NCBI GenBank assembly: GCA_963775425.1
Contig: CAVZJB010000011.1
Coordinates: 832,001-896,000, forward strand
Reading direction: 5' to 3'
Source: an uncultured delta proteobacterium
Lineage (GTDB): Bacteria; Myxococcota; UBA727; VGSZ01
Length of the DNA stretch: 64,000 bases
Below are positions 51,601 through 60,447 of this stretch, in pieces; position 1 is the stretch's first letter; every line of letters starts with the position of its first letter. Under the pieces are notes generated by a model. It had not been told where the DNA came from. It ran no database searches and worked only from the letters and a program-made list of their open reading frames with translations. Made by a program: the position numbers and the translations under genes.

Positions 51601-52202
51601 GCCTCGACGTCGGCGACGTCGATGAGGGCGCTCAAGTGCTCGTCGTGCAGGACGGTGATGTTCTGGATCTCGTGGCTCGTGCGGAAGCCGTCGAAGAAGT
51701 GCAGGAACGGTACGCGCGACGCGAGGCTGGCGGCGTGCGCGATGGCGGCGAGGTCCTGCGCCTCCTGCGGCGACGACGCGCACAGCATCGCCATTCCCGT
51801 GGGGCGCACCGCCATCACGTCGGAGTGGTCGCCGAAGATCGAGAGCGCGTGCGTGGCCACCGACCGCGCAGCGACGTGCACGACACACGGCGACAGCTCG
51901 CCCGTGATCTTGTAGAGGTTCGGCAGCATCAACAGCAGGCCCTGCGACGCGGTGAACGTGGTCGCGAGCGAGCCCCCCTGCAGCGCGCCGTGCACGGCGC
52001 CGGCGGCGCCGGCCTCGCTCTGCATCTCCACGATCTGGGGCGTCTGTCCGAAGAGGTTGTGCTTGCCGGCTGCGGACCACTCGTCGGCGTGCTCGCCCAT
52101 CGGGGACGCGGGCGTGATGGGGTAGATCGCGATGGTCTCGGAGAGGCGGTAGGCCACCGACGCCACGGCCTCGTTGGCGTCCATTGTCTTGCGTGCGTTC
52201 AT
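48639..52202 (-). CDS. nifJ: pyruvate:ferredoxin (flavodoxin) oxidoreductase
   Basis: YPITP, EMQSEAGAAG, YDSKKSG, two 4Fe-4S motifs (CIQCNRC, CTGCGLC), ACAGCGE and GGDGWAYDIG. Confidence 0.97.
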   Translation of the reverse strand: MNARKTMDANEAVASVAYRLSETIAIYPITPASPMGEHADEWSAAGKHNLFGQTPQIVEMQSEAGAAGAVHGALQGGSLATTFTASQGLLLMLPNLYKITGELSPCVVHVAARSVATHALSIFGDHSDVMAVRPTGMAMLCASSPQEAQDLAAIAHAASLASRVPFLHFFDGFRTSHEIQNITVLHDEHLSALIDVADVEAHHARGLSPEHPVVRGTAQNPDAFFQGREAQNGFFTRCEEVVAERMERFAALTGRRYAPFEYFGHPQAERVVVLMGSGAECARETVEALVAKGEKVGGVQVRLYRPFGVDRLLGVLPNSVRGVAVLDRTKEPGSVSEPLLLDVTGALVDGLQRGALATLPRLIGGRYGLSSKEFTPRMLRAVFDELAAASPRARFTVGINDDVTRLSLPVDADFSVTDDETVGAVFYGLGSDGTVSSNKATIKIIGEKTGQHCQGHFVYDSKKSGSMTVSHLRFGNKPIRSTYLIEKARFVGVHDPGLFFRQDVLERAAPGAVVLIQSSAPREKVFADLPEEAQRTLIERGCHLYAIDAASIAEKHGLGRRINTIMQACFFALAKVMPVDDALAAIKQSVVDTWGKRGPEIVRRNFAAIDDALANLQEIARPAAVIPGKRMRATVRDDAPDFVKKVTALMLEGKGDLLPVSAFPVDGTWPTGTAKHEKRAIAPNIPIWEPDICIQCNRCSVICPHSAVRTKVFEPAAKEGAPPSFKAVPEHFHKELAGLDFIVQVAPEDCTGCGLCVEVCPAKDRTMPKRKAINMAPFADNVAREREAFDFFLRVPDVDKTRIPRDVRTLPLLQPLFEFSGACAGCGETPYIRLLTQLFGDRLIIANATGCSSIYGGNLPTTPYGTDAHGRGPAWANSLFEDNAEFGLGIRLGADAQAARARMLLGALASTLPPGLADALLSPCSSDDEAQIAARRGHVAALKEALRARAEANARELLDLADNLVPRCVWLVGGDGWAYDIGYGGLDHVLASRANVKVLVLDTEVYSNTGGQQSKATPLGAVAKFASAGKETRKKDLGLLAMSYGHIYVASVGLQAKNQQTIQAFLEAESFPGPALIVAHSPCIAHGYDLVDSPAHQKRAIESGAWPLYRFDPRRAAAGGAPLLLDADPGTLPIRKYMEEEARFRMVELKDPARYERLVAAAARAVKERHAVYAELAKIQVMGARHG

Positions 52203-52417
52203 CGACCCTCCGTTGGTGGGGGTCGTATAGCCCGGATCCGACCGCGCGAGCGGAAGGCGGCGGCGAGGCCCATCCGCGCTGTTCGCGGGCTGCGGCCCAG
52301 GGCGTCACATGGCTCCTTCGTGGCCGACGGCCCTGCGGCAGGCCGATCGTGCCGATTTCTCCTCGATAGCGGAGACGCGGCCGGCGGCGCCGAGCTTCGT
52401 CTTCGCAGTCTTGAACA

Positions 52418-52437
52418 GAGTTGCGCGGAGTTGCGCA
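52418..52437 (+). promoter_or_regulatory. 10-bp direct repeats GAGTTGCGC(G/A)
   Basis: gagttgcgcg-gagttgcgca about 65 nt upstream of the 52502 operon; matches the motif at 39101. Confidence 0.55.
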
Positions 52438-52501
52438 TGGACGTGGATGTGAGTCCGTTGCGCCCGTGTCCGAGGACACCGGCCGGTCCGATGTTCAGAT
52501 C

Positions 52502-53908
52502 ATGATGCGAACGCTCCTCGTCACCGTCGTCGCCGCAGCAGCCACGGCCGCGCACGCGCTCCCCTCGGGGCCGCGCGTGTTCTGCGACCTCTACCCCGAC
52601 GCGCCCGACTGCCGTGGCGTCGTCGTCTCGTGCGCGCAGTGCCACGACGGAGCACCGCCGGCGCTGAACGTCTACGGCGCGGATCTCGACGCAGCGCTCT
52701 ACGAAGCGGACCCCGGCTTCGACCTCGCGCAGTTCGACGCGGAGCTCCCCGCCGCGCTCGCCGCGGTCGAGGGCGACGACAGCGACGGCGACGGCCCGAG
52801 CAACCTCGAGGAGATCATGCTCGGCACGCTCCCGGGCGACGCGAACAGCCACCCCGCGGCGCCGGCGCCGGCGCCGCCGGCGGCGACGCTGCCGAACCCG
52901 TATTACTCCGTGGGCGAGTGGGACGCCGCCGTGGCGCTCAAGCGCGTGGGCAGCGTCTTCTGTGGGACGTCGCCGACGTACGAGGACATGGCCGCGCTGC
53001 GCGACGCGCCCGACCCGCGCGAGGTCGTGCACGCCCGGCTGTCGGAGTGCCTCGACGGCGACTATTGGAGGAGCGAGGCGCTCCACCGCCTGGCCGACAA
53101 CAAGATCCGCCCGCTGAAGGTCGTCGGCGCCGACGGCGACGTCGTCCTCGCCGACTATGAGTGGGACTATCGGCTCTTCTCGTACGTGCTCACGGGCGAC
53201 CGCGACGCGCGCGATCTGCTCCTCGCCGACTATCACATCGACGAAAACGGCAACCGCGTCTCCTTCGTGGTGCGCGAGCCCTTCAGCCTCTCTTCGCCGC
53301 TGCGCATCGGCACGGGGCAGCCGGTACAGCCGGCCCGGCGGGCGGGGATGATCACCACGCAGTGGTTCCTCGTGATGAACACGATGTTCAGCCGACTGCC
53401 GCGCACCACGGCGGCGCAGGCGTACCGCGCCTACCTGGGCCAGGACATCGCGAAGAGCGAAGGCCTCCACCCCGTCGAGGGCGAGCCCCGCGACGTCGAC
53501 CACAAGGGGGTGAGCCAACCCGCGTGCGCCGCGTGTCACAGCACGCTCGATCCGCTCGCCTACTCGTTCTCCACGTACAACGGCATCGATCTGTCGAACC
53601 CCTTGTTGCTGCCGTTCACCAACCCGCTCGGCGCGTACAACCCGCTGCGCACGCCGTGGGGCGGCGACGGGGTGCTGCTCGACCAGCCGGTCTCGGACCT
53701 CGTGGCGTGGGCACAGGTCGCGGCCAACAGCGACGAGTTCAAGCGCAACCTCGCGCTCATGTTCTTCCGCGCTGCCGTGGGCCGCGACCCGGGTCCGGAC
53801 GACCAGGACCAGCTCGCCGCGCTGTGGAACGCGATGCCCGAGGACAACTACTCCGCCAACAAGCTCATTCACCGCATCGTCGACACCGATGCCTTTGGGG
53901 TGCCGTGA
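52502..53908 (+). CDS. secreted CxxCH protein (DUF1585/DUF1588-like, putative c-type cytochrome)
   Basis: Signal peptide AHA; CAQCH and CAACHSTLDPL; Ca-binding-like DSDGDG.SNLEE; RAGMITT. Confidence 0.75.
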   Translation: MMRTLLVTVVAAAATAAHALPSGPRVFCDLYPDAPDCRGVVVSCAQCHDGAPPALNVYGADLDAALYEADPGFDLAQFDAELPAALAAVEGDDSDGDGPSNLEEIMLGTLPGDANSHPAAPAPAPPAATLPNPYYSVGEWDAAVALKRVGSVFCGTSPTYEDMAALRDAPDPREVVHARLSECLDGDYWRSEALHRLADNKIRPLKVVGADGDVVLADYEWDYRLFSYVLTGDRDARDLLLADYHIDENGNRVSFVVREPFSLSSPLRIGTGQPVQPARRAGMITTQWFLVMNTMFSRLPRTTAAQAYRAYLGQDIAKSEGLHPVEGEPRDVDHKGVSQPACAACHSTLDPLAYSFSTYNGIDLSNPLLLPFTNPLGAYNPLRTPWGGDGVLLDQPVSDLVAWAQVAANSDEFKRNLALMFFRAAVGRDPGPDDQDQLAALWNAMPEDNYSANKLIHRIVDTDAFGVP

Positions 53909-54645
53909 TGAACCGCCTGCTCACCTCGTGTTTCGCGCTCGTCCTCGTGTCCGCCGCCTGCGTCGGCGACCCGCCGTCGCGGACGCCCGCGACCGCAGAC
54001 GGAGGGGGCTCGACGAGCGCCCAATCCGGCGGCGTCGTCGTCGGCGTCGGCGCCGGCGGCACGAACGACGCCGGCGACAGCGGCGACGACGGCGGCGGCG
54101 CCACGGCTCCCGCGCCGCCCGCGCCGACGATGGCCACCGCGACGCGCGACACCGTCGTATGGAAGAGGTACCGCGCCGTCGAAAACGACCTCATGCGCGC
54201 GCTGGCGCTGCCGAAGGACGAGCTGTGCCACGAGCTGGGCTCGTTTTCGTGCGTCGACGACGCGCACCTCGCGGCGCTCGGCGGCAACGAGCCTTTCGAG
54301 CTCACGCAGTACGTGCCCGTACCCGCCCCGACGGTCACGACGCCGTTCGCGCTCGAGCGCGTGGTGCTGTCGGCGTGCGCCCGGCGCGCCGAGCTCGACG
54401 CGGCCCAGCCGCCCGAGGCGCGCGCCGTGTTCACGGCGTTCGAGCTCACCCCCGGCGCCACCGTGGACGCCGCCTCGCTCGACGCGCTCGGCACCACGCT
54501 CTACCGGCGCCTGCTCGCGCGCGACCCGCTCCCCGAAGAGCTCGCTGCGCTGCAGCCGCTGCGCGACGACGATACCGCCGCGCTCGACGTCGCCAAGCTC
54601 GCGTGCTTCGCGGTCGGCACCACCGTCGAATTCAGCTTCCAGTGA
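53908..54645 (+). CDS. lipoprotein of unknown function
   Basis: Lipobox SAAC; conserved-looking CHELGSFSC, LYRRLLARDP and ACFAVGTTVEF; coupled by TGATG overlap. Confidence 0.75.
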   Translation: MNRLLTSCFALVLVSAACVGDPPSRTPATADGGGSTSAQSGGVVVGVGAGGTNDAGDSGDDGGGATAPAPPAPTMATATRDTVVWKRYRAVENDLMRALALPKDELCHELGSFSCVDDAHLAALGGNEPFELTQYVPVPAPTVTTPFALERVVLSACARRAELDAAQPPEARAVFTAFELTPGATVDAASLDALGTTLYRRLLARDPLPEELAALQPLRDDDTAALDVAKLACFAVGTTVEFSFQ

Positions 54646-54659
54646 TCAGGAGCCCAGCC

Positions 54660-56115
54660 ATGCACATGAACCGACGCAAGTTGCTCAAGTCCGCCGCCAC
54701 CGCCGCCGTGTCCCTCGGCGCGGCCTCGCTCCTGTCCCGGCGCGCGCGCGCCGACGGCGGCGCCGACGACCGCAAGTACCTCTTCGTGGTCGGGGCGTTC
54801 GGCGGCGCGAGCATCGTCGACAGCTTCCTGCCGATCTTGTCGAGCGAGTCCGCCGTCGGCTGCGCGTACGACGCGTCGCTGGTGTCGCAGCCCGCCGGGT
54901 CGAACCTCCGGTGCACCAAGCCGCTCGACGACACGATCCAGGGCGTCATCGCCCTCGGCGACGGCTACGACCTGTCGACGTTCCTCTCGAAGCACGGCGC
55001 CGACACCGCCGTCGTCACGCAGGAGGCCTCGAGCGTGAACCACCTCGTCGCTGCGCGGCGCGCGCTCACCGGCAACCACGTGAACGCCGGGCGCACGCTC
55101 CTCGAGGCGGCGGCGTTGCGCCACGGTGACGGGCTCATCCTGCCCGCCTGCACCATGGGCGGCGGCGGCTACTCGGACCCCGGCGACGACGCCACCGTCC
55201 CCGACGAGGCGCGGGCGGTGCCCGTGATGGACGCGCGCCTGTTCGCGTTCTCGACGAGCGGCACCAAGGGCGTAAACGGCGCCCCCGACGCTGCGCTCGT
55301 CGAGCGCGCCCGCGCGGTGCGCGCCGCGCTCGAGGCGCGCTCCGGCTTCGATCAGACGTTCGGCACCACGTCGGTCATCTCGCGCTTCAAGCGGAGCCGC
55401 GACGTCGTGGGGCCGCGCATGGAGGCGGCAGATTCTGATCACCAAGCTCATGATGCTCCCCCCCGACGCCGGCGCACGGAGCTTCGCCGAGGCCGGCCTC
55501 GAACAGTCGGCGGACGGCGAGCTCGTGTTGTCGAAGTTCCCGTCGCTCACGCGCGACCCTTTCGAGGCGCAAGCCGCGCTCGCCTTCCTGCTCGTCAAAA
55601 ACGGCGTGTCGTGCGCGGTGACGCTGGGGCCGCCGTCGTCGCCGCTGTTCAACGAGACCGGGACGCGCGCCTACACGGCGCCCATCGGCTTCGATTGGTC
55701 GCACACCGATCACCGCGGCGCGCAGAACGCCATGTGGGGCAGGGTGATGCATGTGGTCGACGGCCTCGTCGAGCTGTTGAAGAGCGTCGAGGCACCCGGC
55801 GGCGGCGGCGCGTCTTTGTGGAGCAAGAGCCTCGTGTACGTCGCCACGGAGTTCGGCCGCGACAAGGTTGGCGCCGGCGGCTCCGGTCACCACCTCAACA
55901 ACGGCAACGTGCTCGTGTCGCCGCTGTTGAACGGCGACCGCATCTACGGCGGCGTGGATGCCGGCACCGCGCTCACGTACGGCTTTGATCCGTCGACGGG
56001 CGCGCCGGCGCCCGGGACCGCGATGCACGAAGGCGATCTCTACAGCGCCGTGTGCCACGCGCTCGACATCGACTTCGCCGGCCGCCGCGACATGCCCTGC
56101 ATGGTCCGCGGCTGA
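54660..56115 (+). CDS. Tat-exported DUF1501-like protein (frameshift at about 55433)
   Basis: MNRRKLLK Tat signal; GGASIVDSF; second half has FDWSH, TEFGR, GSGHH and IYGG. Removing one T from gattctg joins the two frames. Confidence 0.8.
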
Positions 56116-56137
56116 CGAGCCCGCGCGGTGGCCCCGC

Positions 56138-57070
56138 CTACTCGAGGGCGCCGGCAACGGCGACCGCGCCGCCGGCGACGACGACGACGGCGGCGATGGC
56201 GGCGCCGATCCACAGCGCCTGGCCGGCCGCGGACGCATCGTTGAATTCCCGGGCCGTCACGTCGCTGCGGTGCGCGGGATCCGGCGTGACGACGAGCGCC
56301 GCCGCCGCCATCCCCACCGCGGCCAACGCAGCGAGCCCCGCCGCGCCGCCGCCGGCGAGCAGGAGCGCGGACGGCCCGCCCTCCGCCCCCGCGCCGCGGC
56401 CGCCGTCCCCCGCCGCACCGTCGGGCGCGCGGCCGCCGGGAGCAGGCGGGTGCTCGTCGGCGCCGCCGGCTCCAGGCTCCTTGAACGTGAGGGACGCGTG
56501 CCCGACGACACCCGCGGACACGACGGCCTCCTGCGTCGCCTCGCGTCCGTCGCCGCTGCGCGCGTGGAGCGTGTGCGGGCCCGGCGCGAGCGCCACGGTG
56601 AGCGGCGCTGCGCCGCGGGCGGCCCCGTCGACATCGACGGCGGCGCCGGCTTCGGCGTCGATGGCGAGGCTCCCGGTGGGCTGCTCGCCGGCGAGCGCCG
56701 CCGCCACGAGGGCGCGCACCGTAGCGGCGCGCGAAGGCGGCGACAGCGGGCTCCTGGCGCGGCGCGCCAGCGAAGAGGAAGCGTCCACGAGCATCGCCTC
56801 GGCGGCGGCGTCCGAGCCGCACACGACGAGGACGTACGGGGTCTTGGCGAAGGCGCCGACGCGGGCGAGGCACGGGGCGTCGTCGAGGCCGCAGTGGATG
56901 CCGAGCGACGCCGCCGAAGCGACGTGCTTCTTCATCTCTTCCATGGGCACCGCCGTGAAGCGCGCCGACGTCGCCAACGCGTCGAGCACCGCGGCGCGAT
57001 CCTCGTCGCGCTCGACGATGACGCCGAGCCTGGGCGAGGCGGACAACAGACACAGGGCGATGGCGAGCAC
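56138..57070 (-). CDS. PEGA domain protein
   Basis: GSLAID..GAAVDVDG..RGAAPLTVALAPGPHTL; signal peptide; C-terminal hydrophobic hairpin. Confidence 0.75.
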   Translation of the reverse strand: MLAIALCLLSASPRLGVIVERDEDRAAVLDALATSARFTAVPMEEMKKHVASAASLGIHCGLDDAPCLARVGAFAKTPYVLVVCGSDAAAEAMLVDASSSLARRARSPLSPPSRAATVRALVAAALAGEQPTGSLAIDAEAGAAVDVDGAARGAAPLTVALAPGPHTLHARSGDGREATQEAVVSAGVVGHASLTFKEPGAGGADEHPPAPGGRAPDGAAGDGGRGAGAEGGPSALLLAGGGAAGLAALAAVGMAAAALVVTPDPAHRSDVTAREFNDASAAGQALWIGAAIAAVVVVAGGAVAVAGALE

Positions 57071-57090
57071 GGCGGCAGTCTACCCTCGCG

Positions 57091-58974
57091 TCACCGCTTC
57101 GCGCAGCGACGCGCGCAGTCGTCGGCTTCGCCCACGACGCGCATGATTTCGCTGCCGGACATCGTCGCCAACCGAGCGCGCTTGGCCAAAAGCGGCGCCG
57201 CGCAGCGCACGCGCTTCGTGCAGCTCCGTTCGAGATACACGAGCGTGTCCTTGAGGTCGCCCTTGGGCGGCGGCGGCGGCGCGCGAGCGTGCTCGCGGTG
57301 CTCGGGCCGGGGCGGCCGCGCCGCGGCCGGGCGCGCGGCCACCACGGCGTCGGTCTCGTCGGCGTCGTCGTCGGCGTCGTCGAAGGTGCCGGCGTCGTCG
57401 GCGTCGTCGTCGGCGGTGGCGACGTCGAAGGTGCCCGCGTCGAAGGTGCCCGCGTCGAAGGTCGCGTGGTCGGCGGTGGCGACGTCGACGGCGCCCGCGT
57501 CGCGCGGCGCCGTGGCGACGACGCCCGCGTCCGCGCCCGCCGACGCGGCGCGCCACGCGTGCACGGCAAAGGCGCCCGCGCCGGCGACCAGGACGAGCGC
57601 GGCGGCGCCCGCGAGCAGGCGGCCGGACCGGCGCGGCTCGGCGACGACGACCGGCGTCGCCACCGACTTCGGCACGGCCGACGACGACGCCGGTGAAGGC
57701 ATGGTGGGCTCGAGCGTCGACATCGTCGGCAGCAGCGTGGGCGACGGCGCGGGCCGCACCTCGGTCTCCACGGGCTCTTCGAGCGGGATGACCCGCGCGC
57801 CGTCCGCGCGGCCGACCTTCTCCGTGAACACGGAGTCCGCCGTCGATGAGCCGGCGGCGGCGTCCTCCACCTCCGTGGCCACGTCGGCGTTGAAGGGCAC
57901 GTTCACCCGCGTCGCCGCGTCCGCGAGGGCAGGCGGGGCGGGCGCGTTTTTGACGACGGTGCGCGCGCTCGGGTCGATGGGGCCGCCGCCGCCGAGCCGG
58001 CCGCTGCCGATCGCCAGGCGCGCGCGCAGCGCCCGCTTCTCGTCATCGAGCTCGGCGTCGAGGATGGCGCACAGCGCGCGGCTCGCCCCGGGCTCGCGGC
58101 GCGCGGGCAGATCGTCGAGGGCGACGAGGAGCTCGCGGCAGGTGGCGAAGCGGCGGGCGGGATCGGCGTCGAGCGCCCGCCGCAAGAGCTCGCGCAGCGG
58201 CGAATTGATGCGGTCGAGCGCCGCCGGCCGGTGCGACCCCCACAGCACGAGCGGGATCAGGCGCTTGTCGTCCACGCCTTCGAAGAAGCGCTCGCCGATG
58301 AGGAGCTCGACGAGCATCACCGCGGTGGAAAACTGGTCGGCCCGGCCGTCGACGTGCTCCCCCTTGGCCTGCTCCGGCGCCATGTACCTGAGCTTGCCGA
58401 CGATCATGTGCTCGCCGGTGGGGTTGTCGCCGGCGTCGCGCATCGAGGAGCGCGCGAGACCGAAGTCGATGAGCTTCACCTCGCCTTCGAACGTCACCAT
58501 CAAATTGTGAGGCGACACGTCACGGTGGACGATCTGCAGCGAGCGCCCCGTGACCGGGTCGGTGAGGCGATGCGCGTAGTCGAGGGCTTCGAGCGTCTCA
58601 CACGCGAGGTAGAGGGCCACGTGCGCCGGCAGCTTCTTGCCGCGGTCCTGCAGGCGGTGAAACAAGGTGCCGACGTCGACGCCGTTGACGACGTCCATGG
58701 CGAGGTAGTGCTCGTCGCCGACGATGCCGACGTCGAACACGGTGCAGATGTTCCGGTGGTTGAGGCGCGTGGCCACGCGCGCCTCCTCGACGAACCGCGT
58801 GAGGTGCGTGCTCGAGTGTGCGTGCACGGCGCGCATGGTCTTGACGACACAGAGCCTGTCGGCGCCCGCGATGCCCTCGCGGCGCGCGAGGTACACCGAG
58901 CCCATGCCCCCCTCGCCGAGTTGCTCCACGAGCCAGTAGGCCCCGAACCGCTTCGGGGAAAACGGCGTCAGCAC
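57091..58974 (-). CDS. Ser/Thr protein kinase, membrane anchored
   Basis: GEGGMG, VVK, HRDVSPHN, DFGLA, YMAPE and DQFS motifs; TM helix; extracellular DAGTF repeats. Confidence 0.95.
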   Translation of the reverse strand: MLTPFSPKRFGAYWLVEQLGEGGMGSVYLARREGIAGADRLCVVKTMRAVHAHSSTHLTRFVEEARVATRLNHRNICTVFDVGIVGDEHYLAMDVVNGVDVGTLFHRLQDRGKKLPAHVALYLACETLEALDYAHRLTDPVTGRSLQIVHRDVSPHNLMVTFEGEVKLIDFGLARSSMRDAGDNPTGEHMIVGKLRYMAPEQAKGEHVDGRADQFSTAVMLVELLIGERFFEGVDDKRLIPLVLWGSHRPAALDRINSPLRELLRRALDADPARRFATCRELLVALDDLPARREPGASRALCAILDAELDDEKRALRARLAIGSGRLGGGGPIDPSARTVVKNAPAPPALADAATRVNVPFNADVATEVEDAAAGSSTADSVFTEKVGRADGARVIPLEEPVETEVRPAPSPTLLPTMSTLEPTMPSPASSSAVPKSVATPVVVAEPRRSGRLLAGAAALVLVAGAGAFAVHAWRAASAGADAGVVATAPRDAGAVDVATADHATFDAGTFDAGTFDVATADDDADDAGTFDDADDDADETDAVVAARPAAARPPRPEHREHARAPPPPPKGDLKDTLVYLERSCTKRVRCAAPLLAKRARLATMSGSEIMRVVGEADDCARRCAKR

Positions 58975-60335
58975 GACCCGCAGCTCACCCCGTCTTGCTG
59001 CACGACGACGGCCGAAGGCGACAGTCCGAGCGCGCAGATCGGCGGAAGAATGACGGCACAGGACGTATGGCTGTTGATCTGGACGCTGTTGTCGACGTGG
59101 GTGATCCCGTCGAGCGCGAACACGAGGCCGGGTCCGTTGGCGGCGATCTGCAGGCGCGCCGCCGAGATCAGCTGCGAGATGTCCAGCGAGCCGAGGCCGC
59201 TGTTGGCGTTGATGGTGAGGTCGCCGCCGACGACGCGGAGCGATGACAGATCCAGGACGCCGAGGGAGCCGTTGTTGGTGAAGGTCAGATCACCGCCGAC
59301 GCTCGACAGGAGCGGGGCACTGAGCTCCACGAGCCGATCGGTGGCGGAGCCCGTGACAGCGCCGCTCACGCTTCGCAGGACGGAGGCGTTCACGCTCCAG
59401 GTATCGGGGGAGTCGTTTGTCTCGTCGAGGGCGATGGAGGCCGCCTCGAGCAGCGTGTCGAGGTTGCGCTGGTGGGTGATGCTCGTCGGCGGGGGGCTTT
59501 GAATGGTGAGCGCGCCGTCGATGAATTGGACGCTGTCCTGCTCGACCTCGGCGAAGTCGGTGTCGCCGAAGAAGAAGACGAGCGGGCCGCTGCGGGCGCG
59601 GTCGCCACCGCCGTCGTTGGTACAGGTCAGCTCGACCAAGCTCAGGCCCGATCCCACGATCTCCGCCTTCTGACTCTCGCCCGGCGTCACGACGGAGACG
59701 CCGCCGGCCCCCGTGGCGACGTGGGTCACGACCGCCACGCACTCCGTGGCGCCCTCGACGCTGTAATCGATGAACGCGCCCGCGCCGATGGCACCGTCGA
59801 ACGCGGAGAACCTCGGAATGACGTTGATTACGCCGCTCTCCTCGACGCCCCCCGCGCCGTCGTCACAGAAGGCAAACGCCGTGAGCTGCTCTGTGAGCGT
59901 GACGTCGATGAAGAGGCCCACGCCGCCGTCGCCGCTGTCTTCGGCGACGGTGGCGGAGGCGTCGTCGAGCCGCAGCGAGCACGGCGTCGCGCGGTTCGTC
60001 GTGAGGCCGACGGTGACCGTCGAGGAAAACAGGAAGGAGCCTGTCCCGCTGAGCGTAATGACGACGTCACCTTCGCCCTCGCCTTCGCCTTCGCCCTCGC
60101 CCTCTCCTTCGCCTTCGCCTTCGCCCTCACCTTCGCCTTCTCCTTCTCCTTCGCCCTCACCTTCGCCTTCGCCTTCGCCCTCACCTTCGCCCTCGCCCGC
60201 GCCCGGGGCGCAGAACCCGTCGGCGCGGCATGCCTGGCCCGCCGGGCAGGGCGTATCGAGGTCGCACGCCAAGGGGAGCGGCGCGCACGACGCCGCGCAG
60301 GCGATGCCGAGGACGGCGAGGACGAGACGCACCAT
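58968..60335 (-). CDS. lipoprotein with Cys-rich motif, (EG)21 tract and receptor-L/LRR-like C-terminal repeats
   Basis: Lipobox AASC; CPAGQACRADGFC; repeats of L..VGGDLT...N. Confidence 0.8.
   Translation of the reverse strand: MVRLVLAVLGIACAASCAPLPLACDLDTPCPAGQACRADGFCAPGAGEGEGEGEGEGEGEGEGEGEGEGEGEGEGEGEGEGEGEGEGEGDVVITLSGTGSFLFSSTVTVGLTTNRATPCSLRLDDASATVAEDSGDGGVGLFIDVTLTEQLTAFAFCDDGAGGVEESGVINVIPRFSAFDGAIGAGAFIDYSVEGATECVAVVTHVATGAGGVSVVTPGESQKAEIVGSGLSLVELTCTNDGGGDRARSGPLVFFFGDTDFAEVEQDSVQFIDGALTIQSPPPTSITHQRNLDTLLEAASIALDETNDSPDTWSVNASVLRSVSGAVTGSATDRLVELSAPLLSSVGGDLTFTNNGSLGVLDLSSLRVVGGDLTINANSGLGSLDISQLISAARLQIAANGPGLVFALDGITHVDNSVQINSHTSCAVILPPICALGLSPSAVVVQQDGVSCGSC
60069..60197 (-). 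repeat. coding hexamer repeat encoding G(EG)21
   Basis: (cttcgc/cctcgc/cctcac)n with synonymous variation. Confidence 0.95.
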
Positions 60336-60368
60336 GCCGGAGCATACCTCCGCCGCGCCGACTTCGTG

Positions 60369-60447
60369 GCGACCGGAGCGCTTGATCAGCGACCGGAGGG
60401 AGCGGCCGCGCTTGATCAGCGACCGGAGGGAGCGGCCGCGCTGGTCA
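60369..60447. repeat. intergenic 30-bp tandem REP-like repeat
   Basis: gcgaccggagggagcggccgcgcttgatca twice (second copy slightly variant) plus a 20-bp internally deleted copy. Confidence 0.8.

Noticed and set aside
60369-60447. Mini-CRISPR
   Set aside because: The 30-bp repeats are directly adjacent with no spacers.
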